IMG/VR virus record: IMGVR_UViG_3300017447_000003
Span: 1-42,828 of that record
Length of the DNA stretch: 42,828 bases
Strand: one strand, 5' to 3'
Origin: a virus
Shown here: positions 9,221-16,924 of the stretch, one piece after another
Layout of the letters: each line of letters begins with the position of its first letter
How positions within the stretch are numbered: position 1 is the stretch's first letter
Notes under the pieces: model-generated
Databases searched by the model: none
What the model was told of the DNA's origin: nothing
The model's input: only the letters and a program-made list of their open reading frames with translations
Translations under genes and position numbers: made by a program

Positions 9221-9252
9221 AAAAGGCCCTAGGAGCGATCCTAGGGCCTTTT
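9221..9252. terminator. Bidirectional rho-independent terminator between the convergent units
   Basis: AAAAGGCCCTAGGA-GCGA-TCCTAGGGCCTTTT forms a perfect 14 bp inverted repeat. The GC-rich stem is flanked by A4/T4, so it reads as stem plus U-tract on both strands. Confidence 0.75.
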
Positions 9253-9316
9253 GGCTATCCGGGTAGCCTGATCGCATAAACGACGCCACAGCCCCCGTTT
9301 CACGGCGTTTCACGGG

Positions 9317-9709
9317 CTATGAGGCGGCCACCACTAGCGCCCCGACAGCGAAGCGAACCGCCGTCCCGACCGTCACCGCCTGCGCTCCCCCGGCGAGGGC
9401 GGCCGATGCCAGCATGTTGCCCCCGGCCGCCGCGTCGTACAGCGCGAAGTGCGAGAACTGCGTAGCTTGTGCCGCATTGCCGTAGTCCACAACCGCGCTA
9501 TTCGCGATGGACTGCAACGCGGGCGCAGCGAACGTAGCAACAGGGCGACCCGCCGCGCGTACCTTTACGGTGTTCTCGGTACCACCCGTACCCGCGTCCG
9601 TAGGGTCGCCATCGAACAGGGCGACGTACACCGTAGGCGGCGCAGCGAACGCGGCACCACGGAACCAGTTAAGGGCCATGTTCTCAAGATAGGTGGACAT
9701 ACCGGGCAT
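9317..9709 (-). CDS. Hypothetical virion / tail-fibre-associated protein, 130 aa
   Basis: The start reads AGGAGTAATTTAAATG. It is the last gene of the late unit, downstream of the fibre genes. Ala/Gly-rich. Confidence 0.55.
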   Translation of the reverse strand: MPGMSTYLENMALNWFRGAAFAAPPTVYVALFDGDPTDAGTGGTENTVKVRAAGRPVATFAAPALQSIANSAVVDYGNAAQATQFSHFALYDAAAGGNMLASAALAGGAQAVTVGTAVRFAVGALVVAAS

Positions 9710-9715
9710 TTAAAT
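9708..9715. repeat. ATTTAAAT octamer (dispersed motif family)
   Basis: Overlaps the start codon of 9317..9709 (minus strand). Confidence 0.9.
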
Positions 9716-9720
9716 TACTC

Positions 9721-10242
9721 CTATAGCACGCGTAGGCACGACATTGCGGACGCAGTAACGGTTCTTTCGCCCCCGTCCACGTAGCAGTACATGCGTAGTT
9801 GATCCCCTTGGTTGAGCATCATCATACGCGAGTTGAGCGCGCCCTGTCTCGCTGTACCCGGCGCATTTGATGACGTATACCACTGAAATTCAGGGTTATC
9901 GGCGTTCGTTTTGTCCATACCCAAACCGTACCCAAATATGGTGTTTTGGTTATCGGCAAACCGTATTTTACCTATGACTAGGTATACGCCGGTTTCCGGT
10001 ACCACGTATATGTTCGTACCGGTGTTGAAACCGTTCTTATTGTCTACAGCGACCGTTGACAGTGCTACAGTAGTAAACGCAGCCCCGATATTTTGACCGC
10101 CGCCCGATACCTGTAAAAATGGTCGTGACAGTACGGGGTACAGTTCGTCAAAGTTCCCCTTTGCCTTAGTGAAGGCGTCGAACAGGGTATCCCCGGTGGA
10201 GGCGTCGCCAGCGGTGCCTACGTTGATGACTTGCTTTGCCAT
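9721..10242 (-). CDS. Short tail fibre / receptor-binding protein candidate
   Basis: The N-terminus INVGTAGDASTGDTLFDAFTKAKGNFDELY is the common tail-fibre N-terminal signature (G..GDxL..AF.K.N.NF..L). The C-terminal half is beta-rich and knob-like; a C1q/TNF-like fold is a guess. Confidence 0.55.
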   Translation of the reverse strand: MAKQVINVGTAGDASTGDTLFDAFTKAKGNFDELYPVLSRPFLQVSGGGQNIGAAFTTVALSTVAVDNKNGFNTGTNIYVVPETGVYLVIGKIRFADNQNTIFGYGLGMDKTNADNPEFQWYTSSNAPGTARQGALNSRMMMLNQGDQLRMYCYVDGGERTVTASAMSCLRVL

Positions 10243-10808
10243 TAGTTGCTACTCGCTTTGTACGTTGTGCTGCTGGCGCGAATGGTTGTACTGCTGGCGC
10301 GTACGTTTGCGGCTCCATCTGCCGTTATGGCCCCGGTCGCAGTAAGCGCCATCGTTGCGGTACCGGCCACGCTGGTTAGGCGCGTGACTATACCGGTAAC
10401 ATTTAAATTAAACGCCGTGCTGCCCGCCAAGTTCGCCGGGGCGTTCATCGTCACTACGCCGCCGATGGCCAACGTAATGGCCGTGGTTCCCGATATCTCC
10501 CGTGCGAGCGCAGCCGTAACCGCGCCCTGTGCGGACAGGGATAGACGAACCACGCCTAGTAGTTCGGTCGTCTGCTGTACGTAGGGGTACCCTAGCAACT
10601 GTAGGCCAGTGCGCGCCGTACCGAACAGTTCGCCCGTACCTATGTCGGCAAGTGTATCGATATCGACATTAGCCGTAGTACAGAAGAACGGCCGCCCCTC
10701 GCGTTTGCTGCGTAACTCGCAATAGTACGGCGCGCCGCGCGAGGGCGATAGACAGCTATCAACCCCCGCACGGCCGCGCAACGCGCATATATTGGAGTAC
10801 GCGCCCAC
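10242..10808 (-). CDS. Hypothetical protein (possible fibre component); start uncertain
   Basis: GTG 10808 follows the upstream TAA directly and has no SD. The first ~45 aa are Cys/Arg-rich and atypical. The C-terminal part is Thr/Ala/Gly-rich like fibre proteins. Confidence 0.4.
   Translation of the reverse strand: MGAYSNICALRGRAGVDSCLSPSRGAPYYCELRSKREGRPFFCTTANVDIDTLADIGTGELFGTARTGLQLLGYPYVQQTTELLGVVRLSLSAQGAVTAALAREISGTTAITLAIGGVVTMNAPANLAGSTAFNLNVTGIVTRLTSVAGTATMALTATGAITADGAANVRASSTTIRASSTTYKASSN
10401..10408. repeat. ATTTAAAT octamer (dispersed motif family)
   Basis: Inside 10242..10808 (minus), read as AAT TTA AAT (N-L-N). Confidence 0.9.
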
Positions 10809-11633
10809 TTAGCTGGCGCGGGCGCGGTAGGCGATAAGGGCGGCACCGAGGATGGACAGTACCGCGCCGGTACGCCCCGTACCCGTGGCAAAGGCCGTCG
10901 TTACCCTGCCAAGCATGGCCGAAAAGTTCGGATCGACCATGAGGCCGCCCACGATGGCCGCCGCACCCGCCGCGTTACCCTGCCAGCCGCTAAGGGCCTT
11001 CTTTACCGCCGTAGCCGTCGTATTCGGCTCCACGATAACCGTAGTGATCGCGGCGGGCGTGGCGGTAACAGTCTTCCCGGCGGGCGGCATGGCCTCAAGG
11101 GCGGCCCGGTTGGCTTCCGCCGTTTCGTCCACCGTATCGACCGGCTCCACCACGGGAACCAGTACAAGTTCGGGCTTCACGGGTGCGGTGCCGCGATTGT
11201 ACTGGTACAGCTTTGACTGCCGCATGATCGTGCAAAGCATTTCGCCGTACTTCGGGTCCGTCGCATAGACGCCAGTAAGTGCGTGCGCGAACGCTTCGAT
11301 ATCGGGCAGGCACTTACGCGCTTTGGCGTACTGCGGACGGGTACCCAGCAATTTGCCGTGCTGGTCGAAAGCTTCCGTAAAGTCCTTGAACTTACGGAAT
11401 GGCGCATTGATGTAGTACGAGCGGCCGAACTTATCGACTTCGCGCGTACGCACCTTTACGGCGGGCTGATCGCCCACGGCCTTGATACCGAAAGGATTGA
11501 AGCTGTCCGGCGGCATACGCTTGCCCCACGCGCTTTCAAGCCCGAACTGCGCCAGCGAAATGGACGCCGGGATACCGTACTTGCGTTCCGACGCTTGCGC
11601 GGCCTCGATTACCTTGGGATCAATTTTTGCCAT
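10809..11633 (-). CDS. Peptidoglycan hydrolase, FlgJ-type N-acetylglucosaminidase domain, with a hydrophobic C-terminal tail (endolysin candidate)
   Basis: The N-terminus ASISLAQFGLESAWGKRMPPDSFNPFGIK matches the glucosaminidase (GH73/FlgJ) signature. The C-terminus has AAGAAAIVGGLMV and GAVLSILGAALIAY hydrophobic stretches. TAATG coupling to the upstream gene. Confidence 0.75.
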   Translation of the reverse strand: MAKIDPKVIEAAQASERKYGIPASISLAQFGLESAWGKRMPPDSFNPFGIKAVGDQPAVKVRTREVDKFGRSYYINAPFRKFKDFTEAFDQHGKLLGTRPQYAKARKCLPDIEAFAHALTGVYATDPKYGEMLCTIMRQSKLYQYNRGTAPVKPELVLVPVVEPVDTVDETAEANRAALEAMPPAGKTVTATPAAITTVIVEPNTTATAVKKALSGWQGNAAGAAAIVGGLMVDPNFSAMLGRVTTAFATGTGRTGAVLSILGAALIAYRARAS

Positions 11634-12007
11634 TACCCTAACCCTCCTAACTGCATAAGCCTAAGTATGGCGGCTGCACCGCCTACGCCTACAGCGCCAA
11701 GTACCGTGTATAGTACTTTTGCCAGCGCAGCCGCACCCTTGCGGCGCTGCTCCAAGTCTTCCAACGCGGACAGACGGGCGTGTACTTCGGCCTTCTCACC
11801 ATCCGCTACACGTATGCGTGCAGGTAAGTCCATCATTATAATCGGCGTAATCTCATTACGCAAATCATGGTTGCTTTGCCGAAGTAGTACCATATCCTGT
11901 TCGTGACGGCCTACGCGGTCGCCAAAGCGGTCAAGCTTGGCCTCCATACGTACTAGGATGACTTCTAGGTTGCCATTACTAGGATCGGACATGTTTTCAA
12001 CTTCCAT
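11633..12007 (-). CDS. Tail-anchored membrane protein with a coiled-coil N-domain (possible lysis accessory)
   Basis: 124 aa. The single C-terminal hydrophobic segment is LAKVLYTVLGAVGVGGAAAILRLM. The SD is weak, and Met6 is an alternative start. Confidence 0.5.
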   Translation of the reverse strand: MEVENMSDPSNGNLEVILVRMEAKLDRFGDRVGRHEQDMVLLRQSNHDLRNEITPIIMMDLPARIRVADGEKAEVHARLSALEDLEQRRKGAAALAKVLYTVLGAVGVGGAAAILRLMQLGGLG

Positions 12008-12039
12008 GCTGTTTACCCGCGCCCTGCCCTAACGTCCCT

Positions 12040-12462
12040 TTAAAGGTTATTGACGTTATCGCCTTGCGCTTCAACTGTCACGGTAAAAGTGCGTTCCACA
12101 CCGTTGGCCCGCCCGGTGACGTTCCAGCTACCCGAACGGGGTTGACGATTACCGGGGCTACCAGCGGTGCGAGCCGAGAAGACTATACGCGAAGTTGTGC
12201 TACCACTGGTAGTATTGACCGATGTACCTAAGCCACCGCCAGAGTATGTCCATACCGCTGGCTCGCTACAGGTCAACGCGACTTCGGCATAGTCTAGGCC
12301 GCTACTGTATTGATCGCCACCATCGGGCGAAAACTGCACCGATAGATTACGCCATGTCCCGGCTATATTCTGCCAAGTGTTGCAACGCTTCCAGATACCG
12401 GCGACATTCTGCCACCAATTACCCGCGCGCCACGTCCCGCCGATGTTCTGCCAAGTAGCCAT
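12040..12462 (-). CDS. Trp-rich repeat protein (three TWQNIxGxWR-type repeats), fibre-associated
   Basis: TAATG coupling to the tail fibre gene. N-terminal repeats are ATWQNIGGTWRAGN / WWQNVAGIWKRCN / TWQNIAGTWRNLS. The stop lies inside CCTTTAAAGG. Confidence 0.55.
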   Translation of the reverse strand: MATWQNIGGTWRAGNWWQNVAGIWKRCNTWQNIAGTWRNLSVQFSPDGGDQYSSGLDYAEVALTCSEPAVWTYSGGGLGTSVNTTSGSTTSRIVFSARTAGSPGNRQPRSGSWNVTGRANGVERTFTVTVEAQGDNVNNL

Positions 12463-14816
12463 TAGCTGTACTGGAAATACATATCGCCATCCGAACCGCC
12501 GGACGGTGCCGAAGTACCCCGCGACATACCGCCGGACAAGCCCGGCTGCGTCTGGTACGTCATCATGCCGAAGCCGTACTTATACGCGGTTGGCATGTAG
12601 ACGGACCCGCCGCCCCGGTTAATATGCAAGTCCGCCCACCCGGCTAGGTTGGCATCGTGCGCGCCGATAACCGCGACGCCCTCGTACTGCCCGATGACAG
12701 CCCGCGCGCCCGTAGCATCCCCGAACGCCGCCGCAATCCACCCCTGCGCTACCGTGGCGCTGCCGCCGTTGTACTGCTGAAAGTGATTACGGGCGTTCGT
12801 CTGCGTGCTACCGAGGAAGCCCGTATTAGCGAAGCGCGGCGCGGTAACGTCGCCAGTGAACGCCGCGCCCGAACGGGCCGCGTACGCAGCAGGGTTTAGG
12901 TTGCCGGTATGGTACACCTGCTGCCCGTTCTGCGTAATAGCGCCAGTTGCGTTGAAGGCACCGCCCGCGTTCAACGTACCGCTGATAATAGACAGCCGGT
13001 AATCGAAGTCGCTAGGGGGCGCACCGGGTACATGGAAGTCGATAATATGCCCGACTTCTACAACGCCGTCCGTCTTTACGACAGGAACCCATGGTGTACC
13101 GACTTGTACCGCGTTCGCGCTGTTCGGCAAGATACCCGCCAGCTTGGCACTATCCGCCGCCTGCCCCGTATTGCTGACGTAGTTGTTCGGGTTGAAGTTG
13201 CCCGCGTGCCACACCGCATTACCGGCGATATACATAGCGTTACCCGCATACACGGATACCTGCGCTACTACGTCGCCGGTATTCTCGATACGGAAACGTT
13301 CGGTACCGCTGCCGTAATTACCGCTGTAGAAACGTAGCGATCCATCACCGGGCGTACCGACGTGGTAGTTATTCTGCGGTGCAGTTGCGTTGCCGAACTG
13401 CATAAACCCGTTACCGGTGCCGTTCTGGGCGATACGCAAACCAAGCGCGTCTACGCTTGGGTTCATCCGCGTAAGGCCGTTCAACTGTGAGTCCGTGGGG
13501 GTACCAGCGCCGGGCGTAAAGTTGCCTGCGTGCCACACTTGGTAGCCTTGCTGCGTCAAAGCCCCCGTAGTATTGAGCGTGCCGTTTATCGTGGTCGCGC
13601 CAGCGGCGAACGTACCAGCTACCGACGCGTTACCGCCTACCGCTACGTTACCGGTTGTATTCAACGCGCCTTGAAGGGCTACAGCCGTAGCAGTATTGAT
13701 TTTGATACCGCCGCCGGTACCGATTACTATGCCCTGTACCCCGTCATTAAGCTGCAAGTACGACGTGGGGAACGGCGCGCTAACAAACTTACCGGTACCG
13801 TCAATCGACATGTCACCGGTAAAGGCCGGGCTTGCTTTCGGGGCCGGGTTGATGTTGCCCGCGTGCCATACCGCATTGCCGTTGTACGCGAACGACGTTC
13901 CGCCCACCTGTAGGCGTTCGATACCGGAGCCGTAGTTGCCCTGATAGACGCGGAACAGGCCGTCGCCGCCCGTGCCGAGGTGGAAGTTATTGGCGGGTGC
14001 GGGATGCTGCCCGTACTGAATATAGCCGTTACCGTTGCCGTTCTGCGCGACGCGTAGGCCGTACAGGTCCGGGCTATTGATCGAAACGAACCCCGTAAAG
14101 GTATCCCCGGCGCGGTTGGCGGGGGTGTACCCTAGGGCAGTCTGGTACGACGCGGGATTTAAATTGCCTGCGTGCCATACCTGATTACCGCCCTGCGTCA
14201 TAGCGCCGGTAGTGTTAAGGGTGCCGTTTACCTGCGTTGGCGTATTGAGCGTACCGAGAGCGTCGGTAAGTACTAACCTCTCTACGCCGTTTACTACCGC
14301 CCCGAAGCGGCTACTACGCGTTTGTAGCGGTAGTAGCCCCGACGTTGAACGGTTGTACGAACCGACAATCGATACGTTTTCGGTAGGCGAGTACGACAAT
14401 TCCATGCCGGAACCTGTCCACCCATCAAACGACGTACCTGTAATCTGCTGCGACTGCGCCCGTAGCGACTTCACGGCAGTTACGTTGTTATTGTTTATTT
14501 CGAGAGCCTTACCGCCACCGGCTGCGAAGCCTAGGCGGCCGATACCCTCCAAGTACATACCGGCGGACGGGTCATCCGCGAAACGTAGCGGGACCGCGCC
14601 GACACTACCGGCGGCAAGGCCGGTAATCGAATTCTGCCCCATGTTGATGTTACCCGACATGGGTATGAGGCCGTTACGGAAAAATACGGCGTTCATGGCA
14701 CCAGCGAAGTTATCGAACTCGCCATCCATCTTTGACGCCAGTATTCGGATACCGTTGTCGCGATCCGACTGCCACGAATACAGCCGGGAGAAATTGCCGC
14801 TACCGTCGAATGGCAT
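12462..14816 (-). CDS. Long tail fibre protein with an internal duplication
   Basis: 784 aa, with five (Q/A)V(W/Y)H(A/T)GN(L/I/F)(N/T)P repeats. There are two ~125 aa paralogous modules (LNTTGA.TQ.G.QVWHAGN ... YGLRVAQNGNGNGYIQYG ... GNYGSG.ER). Confidence 0.8.
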   Translation of the reverse strand: MPFDGSGNFSRLYSWQSDRDNGIRILASKMDGEFDNFAGAMNAVFFRNGLIPMSGNINMGQNSITGLAAGSVGAVPLRFADDPSAGMYLEGIGRLGFAAGGGKALEINNNNVTAVKSLRAQSQQITGTSFDGWTGSGMELSYSPTENVSIVGSYNRSTSGLLPLQTRSSRFGAVVNGVERLVLTDALGTLNTPTQVNGTLNTTGAMTQGGNQVWHAGNLNPASYQTALGYTPANRAGDTFTGFVSINSPDLYGLRVAQNGNGNGYIQYGQHPAPANNFHLGTGGDGLFRVYQGNYGSGIERLQVGGTSFAYNGNAVWHAGNINPAPKASPAFTGDMSIDGTGKFVSAPFPTSYLQLNDGVQGIVIGTGGGIKINTATAVALQGALNTTGNVAVGGNASVAGTFAAGATTINGTLNTTGALTQQGYQVWHAGNFTPGAGTPTDSQLNGLTRMNPSVDALGLRIAQNGTGNGFMQFGNATAPQNNYHVGTPGDGSLRFYSGNYGSGTERFRIENTGDVVAQVSVYAGNAMYIAGNAVWHAGNFNPNNYVSNTGQAADSAKLAGILPNSANAVQVGTPWVPVVKTDGVVEVGHIIDFHVPGAPPSDFDYRLSIISGTLNAGGAFNATGAITQNGQQVYHTGNLNPAAYAARSGAAFTGDVTAPRFANTGFLGSTQTNARNHFQQYNGGSATVAQGWIAAAFGDATGARAVIGQYEGVAVIGAHDANLAGWADLHINRGGGSVYMPTAYKYGFGMMTYQTQPGLSGGMSRGTSAPSGGSDGDMYFQYS
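14157..14164. repeat. ATTTAAAT octamer (dispersed motif family)
   Basis: Inside the tail fibre gene (minus), read as AAT TTA AAT in WHAGNLNP. Confidence 0.9.
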
Positions 14817-16924
14817 TATTCGCCCCCTACCTGATCCGTAAACACCTGCTGGCCCGCCTTGCCCGCCAGTCTCGCGCGCCGCCTATTTCCGACCGCTCGC
14901 GCCTTCTGATAGGCCGCTGCACCTTCCGTTCCCTTAACTAGGTTCTCGCCCTTGGACAACAGGATTTTAGCAATTTCCTCTTGCGTGACGCGGCTAGTAC
15001 CCGTGGCGATATTACCGATACCGCGTACTGCGCTAGATACCGCGCCAGTAACGCCGCCGAAAGCAAATCCCCGCATAGCATTTGAAAGTACGCCGCCTAC
15101 GTTCTCTTGTGCGTCGCCTTCCGCCATAGCGAAGCGCGCTGTTTCCGACTGCCGCCCCGGCGCGGTCAATACGTCCGCGCGCGTCGCGCGTACTTCACGG
15201 TTCACCCACCGGTCGAAACGGCCAAGGTTCCCCTTACCGCCGAAAGCGAACTCCATTACTTCGCGCTGCGCCGGGTTGCGGGTAAGACTGCGATAGTACG
15301 CTACCGGGTCCGCTTTCGTATCCGCGTTGATTAGCGCGTCTATGATGCCGATACGCGCGTCCTCGATTTGATGCGGTTCCATGGCCTTTAAATCGCGCAT
15401 AACCATACGCGGGTTATTCATGCGGCCTAGTACCGACTTACCGATATCAAGCGCGTTCTGCTGCTGGAAGGCGTCGCGCTGCGATTTGAGAAGCGCCGCG
15501 TACTCCGCATTATTCGGGTTCGCGTCCGCCAGTACGCCTTTCAGCTTGTCAAGCTGATACGAAAGCCCCTGTGCGGTGGACTTATCCCCGGCGCGTATTG
15601 CCTGCCCTATCTGCGTATTGAACGAACGCTTTACGTAGTCGAACGTACGCAGGTTCGGTATATGCGTGAATATGCCATCCGCCCCGACATAATCCGCCGG
15701 GTTCTGGTCGCGTAGTAGCATTTCATCGTACGCCCCGCGCATAGCGCGTTGTACCTGTTCCGGGGCCTCTTTAAGGTACGTCTGTAGGGCGGGCGTCGGG
15801 GCGATAGCGGTATCCATGATACCCCCGTCTGCGTACCCGGATTGGCCGTCCGCCTTACGTGCCGACGCCAGCGCATCGCCGCGCGCTAGTGCATCATCGC
15901 CCGCCGCCGGTATATCTGCGTCGCGCCGGATTTGGTCGCCAAAGCGCGCCCGGCGGCCTTCGATACGGGACGCGCCCCGTTCGATAAGTTCGTTCGATCC
16001 CGATACGGTCGGCTTGCGGCTGATAGCGCCCGCCTGCGCCCGTAGCGACGGTAGTACGTCCTGTACCATAGCGTCGCCACCGCGCGCGTCCGTAACTGCT
16101 ATCTCGCGCTCCACCTTATTGGCGGTAGTCTTACCGCTGTCCAGCAGTTGCGCGATACGCGAGTACGCCGTACGTTCGGCATTTTGCGGCCGGGCGTCGC
16201 TGATTATCTGCGCGCCCCGCTGTACGCCATTTGCGACTACGCCAAGCGCGCCGCCCGCCAGCGCACCGATACCCGCGCCCCCTAGCGCAGCGGTCGGTAC
16301 GTCCGATAGGTTATCCGCGTTGCCCGCTGCATTTAAAGCGCCTTGCAGGCCGCCCGCCGCGACGCCCTGCGCAATAGGCCCGCTTGCCGCCAGCCGCGAT
16401 CCCCCGCGCGACAAGGCCCCGGCCGCCTTAGTGAGGCCAACCGCTTCCGCACCACGCGCTAGGGCCTGTACGCCCCGTGCGCCAGTCCCTACGGGGTTGA
16501 CGACGGCCCCGCCTAGTTCGCCCACGGTAGAAGCTATCGGGGAGCGATCCCCGGCGATGCGGTCGCGCTCCCGCTCTACGTCGCGCGTCTCCCGGTACGT
16601 CTCACCAATGCGCGAAACGTCACCATCGCGCACGGCGCGGAATACGCCACGAGTTGCCGCATCAAGCCCGCCCGCCAGTTCGTCCGCGAAGCCGAACGTA
16701 AGGCCCTTGATAACGCCGCGCTGTACGTCGCCCATGGTACCCGTACCCGCGTCAAGCTGGCGCGCCTTTCGGCTAATACCCTGCTGGCGCGCGTCTACTC
16801 GCGTCGCCGCCTGTTTCGGCGGGGCGGCCTTGGCGTAGTTGGCCTGTATACGCTGCAACGCTTCCGGTGCAATGTTATCGGGTACGTCTACAACTTCCCC
16901 GTTAGGCATCGTTACAAGGCCCAT
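14816..16924 (-). CDS. Large Ala/Gly-rich virion protein (internal/ejection protein candidate)
   Basis: 702 aa, TAATG-coupled on both sides, located between the M23 protein and the tail fibre. No catalytic motif seen. Confidence 0.55.
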   Translation of the reverse strand: MGLVTMPNGEVVDVPDNIAPEALQRIQANYAKAAPPKQAATRVDARQQGISRKARQLDAGTGTMGDVQRGVIKGLTFGFADELAGGLDAATRGVFRAVRDGDVSRIGETYRETRDVERERDRIAGDRSPIASTVGELGGAVVNPVGTGARGVQALARGAEAVGLTKAAGALSRGGSRLAASGPIAQGVAAGGLQGALNAAGNADNLSDVPTAALGGAGIGALAGGALGVVANGVQRGAQIISDARPQNAERTAYSRIAQLLDSGKTTANKVEREIAVTDARGGDAMVQDVLPSLRAQAGAISRKPTVSGSNELIERGASRIEGRRARFGDQIRRDADIPAAGDDALARGDALASARKADGQSGYADGGIMDTAIAPTPALQTYLKEAPEQVQRAMRGAYDEMLLRDQNPADYVGADGIFTHIPNLRTFDYVKRSFNTQIGQAIRAGDKSTAQGLSYQLDKLKGVLADANPNNAEYAALLKSQRDAFQQQNALDIGKSVLGRMNNPRMVMRDLKAMEPHQIEDARIGIIDALINADTKADPVAYYRSLTRNPAQREVMEFAFGGKGNLGRFDRWVNREVRATRADVLTAPGRQSETARFAMAEGDAQENVGGVLSNAMRGFAFGGVTGAVSSAVRGIGNIATGTSRVTQEEIAKILLSKGENLVKGTEGAAAYQKARAVGNRRRARLAGKAGQQVFTDQVGGE

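Noticed and set aside
14157-14164. T TTA AAT as a programmed -1 ribosomal frameshift heptamer (X XXY YYZ), since 16 intragenic motif copies are in exactly that phase
   Set aside because: The sites occur in essential single-product genes (polA, terL, portal, primase). I saw no downstream stimulatory structure or meaningful -1 frame extension at the ones I inspected. Asn AAU/AAC A-site codons are poor slippery codons in bacteria. The phase bias is better explained by TAA being forbidden in one frame. Not formally tested.
15816-16838. 340 aa plus-strand ORF antisense to the 702 aa virion protein gene
   Set aside because: Ala/Pro/Arg/Ser-rich translation typical of the antisense frame of GC-rich genes. 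There are no start signals, and it lies fully within a well-coupled minus-strand gene.
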